Assembly (NCBI GenBank): GCA_963727625.1
Contig: CAVSHR010000009.1
Span: 160,001 to 224,000, forward strand
Length of the DNA stretch: 64,000 nt
Reading direction: 5' to 3'
Source of the DNA: an uncultured delta proteobacterium
Lineage (GTDB): Bacteria > Desulfobacterota > Binatia > UBA9968
A program made the position numbers and the translations under genes. Shown here piece by piece: positions 21,323 through 31,005 of this stretch; within the stretch, counting starts at the first letter, position 1; the number at the start of each line of letters is the position of its first letter. The notes beneath the pieces are model-generated. The model was not told the DNA's origin, made no database searches, and was given only the letters and a program-made list of their open reading frames with translations.

Positions 21323-21354
21323 GTCCTCCCATTATTGGCCGTTAAAGTAACGAA

Positions 21355-21427
21355 CGTGTTCCAGCCGTTCCAAACGCTCAAAAAGTTCCAGCCGTTTAAG
21401 ACTCGGACGCTCAAGACTTCCCGAGAG
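21355..21427 (+). repeat. Dispersed intergenic element (GTTCCAG.. units plus conserved 43-nt tail)
   Basis: Tail 38/43 identical to 26612-26654. Confidence 0.75.
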
Positions 21428-21472
21428 GGATAGTCTAGGTGAAACTTTTACATCTCGACTCTTTCGTTCGCC

Positions 21473-22153
21473 TTATTTCACCGCAAAGCAGTAAATCCGC
21501 CCTCCTCCTCCGCGCGGAGCGGTATCGGCGCAGCTTCCATTCTCATGTGACGAGTTCCATATGGCGTACCTCCCGGACGGATCGCCGCCAGGCCCCAAGC
21601 CATCCGAGTGACCTACCTGAGCTTGTTGGTCTTTCGCCTCCGATGTCCAATCGTTGCAGGTCTTTCCTACCATGAGCCTGCCGTCGGCCGTCGAGCCGGT
21701 CAGAATGTCATGCACGGTGGGTTTTGGTGAACCCGGCCAATTACCCGGAACTCGCTGCCCGTGCTCGTCGAGAAACATGTCGGCGTCTCCTTTGCGGGCA
21801 TGCAGCTCGTCAAGATCCTTCGCGACTACGACGCCCTTGGCATTCGACCAAGGGCCAGTGCCGATTCGACTGCGAGCGTCGGTCGGCTTGTTGCCGTTGT
21901 CGGGATCCCGCTCGGCGCTCAAGTAGGCGCGCCAGGTCTTGTTGCCGAGACCGACGGCGCTCGCCAGCTGCTGGCAAATCTTATCGGCTCCCCGTAGCCC
22001 GCCCAAGTTGACCGTCTTGCTCCCAGTGCTACTGACAAAAAAGCTCATGGCAGGACTGGTCTGCGCGCTTTCAGCGCCACTGCTCTGGCCCCCGTCACTA
22101 CTGACGGCGCCGAGCGCCGCCATCGCGGCGAGAATAAAGATACGTTGCTTCAT
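21473..22153 (-). CDS. Secreted endostatin/C-type-lectin-fold protein
   Basis: Signal peptide; NLGGLRGADKICQ, WRAYLS, HDILTGS, TCNDWTS, RIYCFA. Confidence 0.8.
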   Translation of the reverse strand: MKQRIFILAAMAALGAVSSDGGQSSGAESAQTSPAMSFFVSSTGSKTVNLGGLRGADKICQQLASAVGLGNKTWRAYLSAERDPDNGNKPTDARSRIGTGPWSNAKGVVVAKDLDELHARKGDADMFLDEHGQRVPGNWPGSPKPTVHDILTGSTADGRLMVGKTCNDWTSEAKDQQAQVGHSDGLGPGGDPSGRYAIWNSSHENGSCADTAPRGGGGRIYCFAVK

Positions 22154-22650
22154 AAGCTTTTCCTTTCGCCAAATATTTAGGACGCCTCTCCGTTCAAAAA
22201 ACCTGTTCGTGTTTCGTGATTGCGTCTCCGGATCAATCCAGGACTTTGCGTCTAACCAAATCGCGATGAGCTTTGTCCGTTTCTTGCCAAAAAGCAAGAT
22301 CGTCGGGGGGCAGCATGACGATCATCGCAATTCATCGACGGCACTCCGTCCACTGGGCCGGCCAACGCGATCGCATCTCACTGATATTGCCATGGCGCAA
22401 TCGACCCCTGCGGCACTCGATGCCTCGCTCACCGAGAATCCAGCGGGGCTTCCCTCGCTCCGCATACGCTTGTATGGCGGCGGGTGGCTCCATGGTTGAC
22501 TTAAAATTTCTCGGCTTCATAAAGTTATAGATGTCACTCGCTCACGCGGCGGCCGAAAGCGGCGAGTCGCGCGCTCAACATCGGTCGCGACAAAATCCTG
22601 CGGGGCGGGGACAAAACAAGAAAAACTTACCCACACAGAAGGAGGTCGCC

Positions 22651-23688
22651 TTGAAGCTACAAAATTTATGGATCGTTGCTTTTGCCTTCGCTCTCATTAC
22701 CGTACCTCAGCTCGGAGCGAACGCCGCTCGCGCGCAGGAAAGAAGAGAACGGTTCGAAATACTTGTGCCCTCTCCGCCCGGCGGGTCCCGAGATGTCTAC
22801 GCGAGAGTCGTGGCGCGTCAAATCGGCAAATACCTGCCCGGCAATCCCACGGTCATCGTTAAAAATATGCCCGGGGCCGGCGGCGACATCATGTTGAACT
22901 TCCTCTACCATCGCGCCAAAAAGGACGGCAGCGTCTTTGCGACGGGCACCAACGCCATGTACCGAGCCCAACGCCTCGGCCTCAAGTCGGCGCAATACGA
23001 TTTACGCAAGTTCAATTTCGTTGGCGCGATGCCGGAGAGTCCCTATCTGCTCGTCATTCGCTACGACCATCCGGTGAAATCCTATCAGGAACTTCTGACC
23101 ACGAAAAAGCCGGTCTATTACGGCATGGAAAGGCCCTTTGGCGGCGGCTCCACTGAGCTCGTCGGCAACGCCTTGAAAGACGCGCTGGGCGCGCACCTGA
23201 GTTTCGTCACGGGCTACAAGGGCTCGGCGCTCCGCGTCAACGCGATCATGCGTAAGGAAATCGATACGACGTTGGATCGCCTGTCGACGGCTGAAGATTA
23301 CCTCAAGGAGAAGAAGCTTCGGATTCTTTTGGTTCTGACCTACGCCGACAGGGTTCCGGCAGAACTGCGCGGCGACGCTCCCGAATGGTTCAAGCTCGAT
23401 CTCAGCCCCGAGGTGCGGGAATTGTCCGATTTCGTCGTCACGCCCACCGATCTCGACAAGAGCTATTTAGCTCCGCCCGATGTGCCTGCGGAGCGCGTCA
23501 AAAACTTGCGCGACGCTTTCGAAAAGGTGCTTGCGGAACCGGGGGTTCAGAAATTTCTCAAGGACCGGGTCGCCGTCAGTCCCTCTATAACGGGTGAAGA
23601 TTTGCAGAATAAAGTCGTGCCTCGGCTCCTCGGCGTGAGCGAAGCGACCGTGACCAAAGTCAAGGCGTGGTTTGAAGAGAAAAAATAG
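22651..23688 (+). CDS. Tripartite tricarboxylate transporter substrate-binding protein (Bug/TctC family), orphan
   Basis: PPGGSRDVYAR, LPGNPTVIVKNMPGAGG, GYKG; TTG start after AAGGAGG. Confidence 0.9.
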   Translation: MKLQNLWIVAFAFALITVPQLGANAARAQERRERFEILVPSPPGGSRDVYARVVARQIGKYLPGNPTVIVKNMPGAGGDIMLNFLYHRAKKDGSVFATGTNAMYRAQRLGLKSAQYDLRKFNFVGAMPESPYLLVIRYDHPVKSYQELLTTKKPVYYGMERPFGGGSTELVGNALKDALGAHLSFVTGYKGSALRVNAIMRKEIDTTLDRLSTAEDYLKEKKLRILLVLTYADRVPAELRGDAPEWFKLDLSPEVRELSDFVVTPTDLDKSYLAPPDVPAERVKNLRDAFEKVLAEPGVQKFLKDRVAVSPSITGEDLQNKVVPRLLGVSEATVTKVKAWFEEKK

Positions 23689-23792
23689 CGGCGATTGCGC
23701 AGCCGCCCAACTCAAAAAAATTAGCGAATGGGTTCCCATCGTTCCAACGGATCGGTGGCCCCAGGGTAATCGAAAGAAATAATCCCATCGGC

Positions 23793-24116
23793 TCAGGCCG
23801 CTCGCGGAGTTGTGATGATCTGAGACAGCTCGTGCTCCGTTGCTCCGAGAGTGATGAGGGAGCGAATCAAGAGATCCAAGGAGACCGACGGGTCGCCCGC
23901 TTCCATCTTGGCAACCCGCGATTGGCTCGACTTAAGTTTTGCAGCGAGGTCCAGTTGAAATAAACCCTTTTGTTGCCGTCGCTGTCGCAAATCTGCCGCG
24001 AGCTTAATCTTCAGTTCGATGTATGCGGACTCCTCGTTGGAGAGACCCAAGAATTCCTCGACGGTGCCAACTTTCCAACCCTTTGCTTGCAAACGTTTTT
24101 TCTGATCGCTAGTCAT
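23793..24116 (-). CDS. XRE-family HTH antitoxin (HigA-like)
   Basis: GWKVGTVEEFLGL, SSQSRVAKMEAGDPSVSLDLL. Confidence 0.85.
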   Translation of the reverse strand: MTSDQKKRLQAKGWKVGTVEEFLGLSNEESAYIELKIKLAADLRQRRQQKGLFQLDLAAKLKSSQSRVAKMEAGDPSVSLDLLIRSLITLGATEHELSQIITTPRAA

Positions 24117-24132
24117 TGCCCAGTTACCGCGT

Positions 24133-24231
24133 TCAAAGTAAGTCACCCGCTTCCAATCCGGCCTTCAACGAAAATGGAGGAGTTTGAACCTCCCCTTCCA
24201 GCCAGACGAGCGGTTTATCTCCCGAGACCAC
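24133..24231 (-). pseudogene. Truncated RelE/HigB-like toxin (N-terminal ~32 aa only)
   Basis: Manual translation VVSGDKPLVWLEGEVQTPPFSLKAGLEAGDLL* directly upstream of the antitoxin. Confidence 0.65.
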
Positions 24232-24296
24232 CAACTCAACTGAATATCAGATTCGACATGTCGTCGATGATCAATGACCGGCAGCCGCAATCGCGA

Positions 24297-25343
24297 TCAG
24301 TATCCCCAGCGCGCTGCCACATCCTTCACCCGCTGATATTCCGGCGCTAATTCTTTGCGCTGCAGCAATTCCTGAAGGGCTTCGCTGACCAGATCCTGGG
24401 CGCATACGCTTTCGATCGGCGGAACCTCGTAATTGAGCTCGCCGAGCTTTGCTTCTTCCTTCAGCATGTCTTCGAACCCGGTCGCCAAACCGTCGATCGG
24501 AAACGGCATCGCCTCCAGGTCGCGCGGGGTGCGATTTGGATTATTTTCCACCACGCGCTCTTCCGGATCGGGGCTGAGAAAACGCAGCCGCTTTTCCAAA
24601 TTGATGAGGTAGTCGTAATTTTTCGGCATGTCACGCACGAACCAGTAGGCGCGAATCATCGCCTTGAGAAAACTCTTGACCATCTCCGGCTTTTCCTCGA
24701 GGATCCGGCCGGTGGCCGCGATGATCCGCTCGGGCCGCCCGTCGGGATATTGATCGGCGGGACTGACGAGCACGTTGCAGCCCTCGCGCTTTAAATCCTC
24801 GGCGTCCCAAGTTGGCACCGGCGCGCACTCCACCCTGCCGGTTCGGATGGCGTTCTTGAGCAGATGGTGGGCCACGCCGATACGCACCCATTCGACGTCG
24901 CGTTCCAAATCCAACCCGGCCTTCTTGAGCTGAATCTGAATCGCCCAATGGCGGATGCTGTTGAAGTCGCTGATGCCGACCCGCTTGCCCTTCAGGTTCG
25001 CCAAAGACTTGATATGCGGCGGCGCAACCCAAACGTTGGTGTGCTGATTGCGCCAGCCGGCGATGATGTACAGATCGGCGCCGCGCGCGCGCTGATAAAA
25101 CACCGTGCGCGATTGGACGTCGAGCGCGATGTCGACGGACTTTTCTTTCATCGCCTGGGAAATAGCCAATTTCTCCAGGCCGAAGGGCACCATCGAGTCA
25201 TGGGAAATTTGATAATTTAAAAACCCCTCCGCACTTCGGAGGCCCTCGTCGTACAAATAGTTCATCTCGTGCGCCGCCATCACCGGCACCTGATGGAGCA
25301 CGTGATAGCAAGTGGGCGCGATGCGCAGTTTACCGTCGAGCAT
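24297..25343 (-). CDS. NitT/TauT periplasmic-binding-fold protein lacking a signal peptide
   Basis: GADLYIIAG, LKGKRVGIS, GLDLERDV, EKPEMVKSFLKA; in-frame TAA two codons upstream of the ATG. Confidence 0.8.
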   Translation of the reverse strand: MLDGKLRIAPTCYHVLHQVPVMAAHEMNYLYDEGLRSAEGFLNYQISHDSMVPFGLEKLAISQAMKEKSVDIALDVQSRTVFYQRARGADLYIIAGWRNQHTNVWVAPPHIKSLANLKGKRVGISDFNSIRHWAIQIQLKKAGLDLERDVEWVRIGVAHHLLKNAIRTGRVECAPVPTWDAEDLKREGCNVLVSPADQYPDGRPERIIAATGRILEEKPEMVKSFLKAMIRAYWFVRDMPKNYDYLINLEKRLRFLSPDPEERVVENNPNRTPRDLEAMPFPIDGLATGFEDMLKEEAKLGELNYEVPPIESVCAQDLVSEALQELLQRKELAPEYQRVKDVAARWGY

Positions 25344-25501
25344 GGGTTATCTCACTTTCTGGTTATCGATTTTTGCCGCTGGCCTTGGATAACTCCAAGC
25401 GGACGGCGCTGTCAACGCGTCTTCTCCGGCGCCAATCCACGGCGGATTTTTTTACCGACAAGGTCGTTGCTCGAAGATTTTTTGCGTGATAAGGGCGGAC
25501 T

Positions 25502-26494
25502 ATGAACTACAGTCTAGTGAAGATGCATTTTCGTTGGTTGACCGTGCTCGGTTGCTTGTGTGCTTTGCTCGCCGTGCCGCGCTCGGCTTTCGCGCAGGAT
25601 CTCCGCCGCATCTACTACGGCACCACGGCCTCGGTCTCCCATTTGCCGGTTTGGGTCGCCAGGGACAACGGCATGTTTGCCAAGCGCGGTTTGGACGTCG
25701 AGCCGGTGCAAATCCGCGGCGGCGCTTTGATCACCATGGGAATCATGAGCGGGCAATTGCAATTCTCCGGCGCAGGCGCGGCGTCGGTCATCGCGGCGCG
25801 CATCAAAGGCGGTGACGTCGTGCTGCTCGCCTGCCCGACCAATTTAGAGCCGATCTATCTGATCACTCGCCCGGAGATAAAGTCGCCAGCCGAATTGAAA
25901 GGCAAGCAGAGTGCGGTCACCCGCCTGGGCTCCTCCACGCACTTCTACTTGCGAGCCGCTTTGAGAGACATCGGCCTTGACCCGGAAAAGGACATGACCA
26001 TCCTGCAGCTCGGTGCCGGTCCGGAAATCGCTGCGGCCCTGGAAACCGGCAGGATCGCCGCGGCGGCGCTGAACATCCGCTACGCGCTGCCGTTTTTGGA
26101 GCGCAATTGGCCAGTGCTGGTCGATCTGAGCAAGACCGATTTGATCTATCCCTCCTCCTGCGTCACCAGCAGCCGCGCCTTCGTCAAAGCCGAGCCCAAG
26201 CTGGTCGAGAATTTTCTCGCCGCTTACAACGAGGCGATACAACTGATCAAGAAAGACCCGGCCCCGGCGGAACGTTCGCTCGCCAAGTGGTCCCGGGAGA
26301 AAGATTCCGACGTGGTCGCTAAATCCGTCGAGTCGCACCGCCGCATTCTAAATTCTCCTCCCTACGTCCCCGATAAAGGGATTGAGACCGTCGTCGAGGA
26401 CCTGGCAACGCGCACCAAGGTACCGAAAGAATTCATCGGCCATCCCGAACTATTTCGTGACAACGGTCCCTTGGAACGCGCCATCAAACGATGA
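25502..26494 (+). CDS. ABC transporter substrate-binding protein (NitT/TauT)
   Basis: Signal peptide; LPVWVA..GMFAKRGLDVE, ELKGK, GLDPEKD. Confidence 0.9.
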   Translation: MNYSLVKMHFRWLTVLGCLCALLAVPRSAFAQDLRRIYYGTTASVSHLPVWVARDNGMFAKRGLDVEPVQIRGGALITMGIMSGQLQFSGAGAASVIAARIKGGDVVLLACPTNLEPIYLITRPEIKSPAELKGKQSAVTRLGSSTHFYLRAALRDIGLDPEKDMTILQLGAGPEIAAALETGRIAAAALNIRYALPFLERNWPVLVDLSKTDLIYPSSCVTSSRAFVKAEPKLVENFLAAYNEAIQLIKKDPAPAERSLAKWSREKDSDVVAKSVESHRRILNSPPYVPDKGIETVVEDLATRTKVPKEFIGHPELFRDNGPLERAIKR

Positions 26495-26572
26495 GTTGGC
26501 CGCGGAGAGCAATAAGGGTCAGAGCTATGATCGTCAATTCTTGGACTTTCGCAAACCGATCAAATTAGCGAG

Positions 26573-26654
26573 CGTGTTCCAGTCGCTCCGTGCGTTCCAT
26601 TGCTTCGCTCCGTTCCAGTCGTTTAGGAGTCGGACGCTCATGACTGCCCGAGAG
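26573..26654 (+). repeat. Dispersed intergenic element, copy of 21355-21427
   Basis: Shared gttccag.cgttta.ga.tcggacgctca.gact.cccgagag. Confidence 0.75.
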
Positions 26655-26737
26655 TTCAGGAATATTCGAAAAGTCCAACTTCTTCGACTTCCCTTTTTTC
26701 CGGCTCGCGCGCCGCGCGCTGCTCGCGGCTTAATTCG

Positions 26738-27091
26738 TTAACTCTCATCAGCCAACAGTGTTCCAAGCTTTTGCAAAACCTCATCCGTGGCTTTCCGCGG
26801 CAGTTTGCAAATGAACTCGGCTTTTCGAACGCGCCAATCAAGACTCTTCACCTGATCCGCCAGAACGACTCCGGCGAGCTTTGATCCCGAAGGAATCGCC
26901 ACCTCGAATGGATAGCCTTTGATTTGGCTTGTGATCGAACACAGGATCGCTAGGCCAACCTTACCGTTGTACGCGGAAGGAGAAAGCACCAGCGCGGGAC
27001 GACGTCCGGCTTGCTCGTGCCCCGCTTGTGGATTAAGGGCTATCCAAACCGCGTCGCCGCGGGCGGGAACGTACCGTCGTGCCATCACCAA
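26738..27091 (-). CDS. mazF: MazF/PemK endoribonuclease toxin
   Basis: YVPARGD, PQAGHEQAGRRPALVLSP, KGYPFEV, DQVKSLDW. Confidence 0.95.
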   Translation of the reverse strand: MVMARRYVPARGDAVWIALNPQAGHEQAGRRPALVLSPSAYNGKVGLAILCSITSQIKGYPFEVAIPSGSKLAGVVLADQVKSLDWRVRKAEFICKLPRKATDEVLQKLGTLLADES

Positions 27092-27327
27092 ATCTCGCGG
27101 CCTGCACGACGACCGAAATCCACTTCCCTATGCAGGTTTTTCTTATTCACCTTGGCCAAAAGCTCGCTGAGAGATATTTTTTTATGTTCCACGCGGGTCG
27201 CAATGACCTTGCCCTCGGAAACCGCTAAGTTTAACACCGTCCCTTCCATGACTTCCGCGTCTTTAGCCAAGGGTTTGGGAATTCTAAGAGCTAAACTATT
27301 TCCCCATTTTTGAACTCGGACGTGCAT
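27085..27327 (-). CDS. mazE: MazE/AbrB antitoxin
   Basis: VQKWGNSLALRIPK, LSELL, HREVDFG..GREIW; GGAGG RBS. Confidence 0.95.
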   Translation of the reverse strand: MHVRVQKWGNSLALRIPKPLAKDAEVMEGTVLNLAVSEGKVIATRVEHKKISLSELLAKVNKKNLHREVDFGRRAGREIW

Positions 27328-27357
27328 CAGCAGAACCTCCCGTCGGTCTCTACAATG

Positions 27358-27386
27358 AAGATACAATTCAGTCTGAATTCGGTCAA
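27358..27386 (-). promoter_or_regulatory. Sigma70 promoter of mazEF
   Basis: Minus strand TTGACC-17nt-TATCTT. Confidence 0.6.
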
Positions 27387-27553
27387 GCTTTGATGGTGTT
27401 GCCTGTCGGCGGAGGATGCGCACTGTGTACAACCGAGGTCACCGTTCAGCACAGCCATCGAAGCGATTGGAAAGCGCCCCGGCAAAGTTGCAAAATGGCT
27501 GCGCGGCAAGTTTTGAAGGAGCCGCGTAAATTTGCGGCGGAGGCAACGGTTTT

Positions 27554-28431
27554 ATGACCCCCATGATGAATATGTACGAGACGATCCGCGAGAATTTGCA
27601 TTTCAATAAATTCGCGGTGGGGGGAGCTGCTTTTCGTGGAGTACAAGTGCCCGATCGAGCAAGAGGCCGCCGGCGTGTGGACGCCGATGGATTATTTTGT
27701 TCATGCGCTGAGCGGCAAAAAAAACCTGGCGGTCTACAGAGGGATCCTGCACCTTAGAAAAGGGCCAGACGTTGTTTTTCAAGAAAGGCGCCGCCATCCT
27801 GCACCAGGAGTTCAAGGACGATTTCTGCCTTTTGCTGTTTTTCGTTTCGGATGATTTTATCCGCGGTGTCGTCAGGGAAATTGCCGGCCAGTTGAGCAGG
27901 AGGCATGCTGGCGAAGTGCTCCGCAAAGGCGCGATACTCGTCAACGGCGATGTGACCCTGGCGGCTTATTTTCAATCCATGCTGGCCTATTTCACGGCGA
28001 CGGCAAAGCCGGCGGAAAAATTGTTGACGCTCAAACTGAAGGAATTGATCGTGACCCTATTGCTGGGAGGCAACAATCCCGAGCTCGCGGCCTACTTTCA
28101 ATCGCTCCTCAAAAGAGCTGCGCCGCCGCTGTCACAAATCATGGAGGCGAATTTTTGTTACAACCTCGCGCTGGAAGATTTCGCGAAACTCTCCCATCGC
28201 AGTCTGTCCACCTTCAAACGCGACTTCCGCAAGTCCTACAACCAACCGCCCGACAAGTGGCTATTGCAAAAGCGGTTGGAATACTCAGCCGTGCTGCTAA
28301 AAAATTCCACCCTGAACTTGTCGCAAGCCGTCCTGGATTGCGGCTTCGAAGACCTTTCCCATTTCAGCCGGGCGTTCAAGCAAAAATTCGGCAGGTCCCC
28401 GGCGAATTACCGTAAGGAAACAGGCTGCTGA
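27554..28431 (+). pseudogene. AraC-family regulator split by two +1 homopolymer frameshifts
   Basis: Removing one G from the G6 run (~27619-27624) and one A from the A8 run (~27717-27724) joins three ORFs (FAVGELLFVEYKCP...SGKKTWRS...LFFKKGA); C-terminal SLSTFKRDF and CGFEDLSHFSRAFK. Confidence 0.8.
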
Positions 28432-28673
28432 AAAAGACCCATATGCTCCGTTGCGCAATCCACTCGCGTCAACGCACTGCCAATGTTCGGCTCCGCTCGG
28501 CGATTCATCGCGCGTCTCGCCTCTGGATCTTTTTGAGCAGCCTGCAAGAGATCTTTATTCAGCAGCCTGCCAGGCGAAAGACCCGCTCAGTCAAATATCT
28601 GAACTCCCAGACAAAGCGCCGTTCTCCCAGCCGCTGTAACGTTGCGTTACATTAACCGGCAAGAAGGTCGATT

Positions 28674-29194
28674 ATGAATTACACTAACGCATCCCAATGG
28701 ATCGAGGTCGCTCACAGTCTCGGCGAGGAATTCGCCGGCCGGGCCGAGTCCCATGATGAGGGCGACACATTTGTCAGCCGTAACTAAACGGCGCTGAAAG
28801 AGCGGCGCCTGTTCACCGCGACGGTCCCCGAGGAACTGGGCGGGGGCGTAGCCTCGCACCGCGAGATCTCAGACATGCTGCGCACACTCGCCCGATATTG
28901 CGGCTCCACGGCGCTGGCGCTCTCGATGGACCAGCATCTCATCGCCGCTGCAATTTGGAAGTACCGGAGCGGCCAGGGCGGCGAGGCCATGCTCAAGAGC
29001 GTCGCCGAAAAACCAACGTGGCCAACGCCGCCATCCGCGTGGTCACCAGGGCGATGGAAATTGTCGGCGGTGCGGGTTTTTATCGGGGTTTCGGTCTGGA
29101 GCGGATGTTTCGCGACGTGCAGGCGGCACGCTATCATCCGCTGCCGGAAAACGATCAGGTGAAGTTTTCGGGCGAGTATCTATTGCGGGACTGA
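28674..29194 (+). pseudogene. Acyl-CoA dehydrogenase pseudogene (premature TAA and large internal deletion)
   Basis: HDEGDTFVSRN*..VPEELGGG..CGSTALALSM joined out of frame to C-terminal GGAGFY..LERMFRDVQAARYHP. Confidence 0.85.
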
Positions 29195-29222
29195 CGCATC
29201 TCGCGCGGAACCGGATTATTCG

Positions 29223-29463
29223 ACCACAAAGAGCACAAAAAAATCTGAATTCGTGTCCTTCGCAATACTATGTTTGAGAGTTTTCGCGGCTTGCGCAAAT
29301 TTCCCGACTCATGAAACATCTCGGATTCGGATCTTTCTCCCGCCAAGGCGCCAAGGACGCCAAGTTCGGAAAAATAGCCTTCTCTTTCTTTGCGGCCTTT
29401 GCGTCTTTGCGGGAGATACTCCGAGTTTTGGCTGCGGCTCTGCCGCGCTGTGCGCTTCGTGGT
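29223..29463. repeat. Nested palindromic intergenic element built from ~9-nt repeats
   Basis: tctcccgccaaggcgccaaggacgccaag (29336-29364) is inverted against ctttgcggcctttgcgtctttgcgggaga (29388-29416), inside outer accacaaagagcacaa...tgcgcttcgtggt arms. Confidence 0.65.
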
Positions 29464-29870
29464 GAGCTCAATCAAGGTCGGTGCGCGGCCTGAGAGTCTC
29501 GCAACAAAGATATTACCTGTGAAAACAGAGAGTCCCGACGGAGTTCTGCTATGGTAATAGACCTGACCTGGTTCTCCGTTTCCTTTCAACGATGGGTTGA
29601 CTCACGAAATTTTTTGCCGCTATTTGGCTCTTGCGATTTATCGATGCCGCGCCGCAGATGACCGCCTTCTATACTTGAAAGGAAGCGCTCAAAAACGCTG
29701 GAAAATAATATAGTTTTGGCCTTGTTCTCAAAGATTTTTTTTTATAGCTTGGTCAACTGGGCGGTACGACTCCCATTTTTTGCCGGGGCGATCTTCGACT
29801 GGTTACCCGGCCGGGACCTCAAAATGACTCATGATGATGGTACGGTAAAATCGAAACAGGAGGTAATTCC

Positions 29871-30935
29871 ATGCAAGTTCAATCGGTCACAAGACGGCGA
29901 TTTCTGAAAACCGCAAGCGCGCTTGGCGGCCTTGCGCTGCTAATGCCCTTTGAAGGGCTAAATGCACTGGCGGCTAATTGCTACCAAGGAAAGCCGACCG
30001 TGCAATGGATCGTGCCCTATTCACCGGGGGGCGGCTTCGATACCTATTCTCGCCTGATTCAGCCCTACTTTGCCAAGAAGGCGGGAGCCGAGGTGGTTAT
30101 CCGAAACGTGACGGGAGCGGGAGGAATCAACGGGTTCCGCGAGTTGTATCGGGCCAAGCCGGACGGCCACACCGTAGGGATTCTCTTTGGATCGGGAGTC
30201 ATACTCTCCAAGCTGATCGGCAAAATGAAGATCACCCTGTCGGATTATACAGTTTTAGGTCGAATTGCGCCGGAGCAGCCGGTCTGGGCTTTCGGGAAGA
30301 ACTCGAAGTACTCGGATATATGGGATGTGGTCAAGAGTAAAAGACCCATCGTCGGGGTTGGGACCGGCCCCGGCAGCGCAAGCTTGTTCGACCAGTTCGC
30401 CTCGGCCTCGTTTATAGGGGTTCTGGATCGTCTCAAGATCGTGTCGGGTTTCAAAGGGAGCCGCCAGGCAACGCTTTCGGTCATTCGGGGCGAGGAAGAT
30501 CTTGGGGTTTACAATTTCTCATCGGTCCAAGATCGAATTGACAACGGGGATCTCCGGCCGTTTATGTCGCTCACCGAAGAGCCGGTGGGTCAGGATGATC
30601 CGAAGATGAAAGGCGTTCCGACCCTCTTCGACGTGCTGAAGAAAGTTCACCGCGAACAAGAAATCGACGATGCGAAGGGGCTGGACAGCATCTACAAGGT
30701 CGCCCGCGTGATCGCTGCACCCCCGGGCATTAAAGGCGATCTTCTCAAGTGTATGGGAGGAGCGCTCTTTGAGGCCATGTCAGATGACGCTTTCAAGGCC
30801 GCGGCGAGGAAGGGCAAGCGTCCGCTCGATGCGGCGAATGCGGAAGATCTGCAAGCGCCGCTTAAATCGGCAGTCGCGTTTGCGGCGAAATTTGCGTCTC
30901 GCTACAACGATTTTCTGAAGAAATCTGGAATGTAA
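29871..30935 (+). CDS. tctC: Tripartite tricarboxylate transporter substrate-binding protein with Tat signal
   Basis: TRRRFLK twin-arginine motif; VPYSPGGGFDTYSR, NVTGAGG, KPDGHT. Confidence 0.9.
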   Translation: MQVQSVTRRRFLKTASALGGLALLMPFEGLNALAANCYQGKPTVQWIVPYSPGGGFDTYSRLIQPYFAKKAGAEVVIRNVTGAGGINGFRELYRAKPDGHTVGILFGSGVILSKLIGKMKITLSDYTVLGRIAPEQPVWAFGKNSKYSDIWDVVKSKRPIVGVGTGPGSASLFDQFASASFIGVLDRLKIVSGFKGSRQATLSVIRGEEDLGVYNFSSVQDRIDNGDLRPFMSLTEEPVGQDDPKMKGVPTLFDVLKKVHREQEIDDAKGLDSIYKVARVIAAPPGIKGDLLKCMGGALFEAMSDDAFKAAARKGKRPLDAANAEDLQAPLKSAVAFAAKFASRYNDFLKKSGM

Positions 30936-30956
30936 CCGAAAGAGGACTTAGACAGG

Positions 30957-30986
30957 GCCGGCAGGAAGATCAGTCCTGCCGGCTTT
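30957..30986 (+). terminator. 10-bp GC-rich hairpin between tctC and tctA (attenuator or mRNA stabiliser)
   Basis: GCCGGCAGGA-agatcag-TCCTGCCGGC-TTT. Confidence 0.6.
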
Positions 30987-31005
30987 GAATCCTGCAAGCA
31001 CAAAA

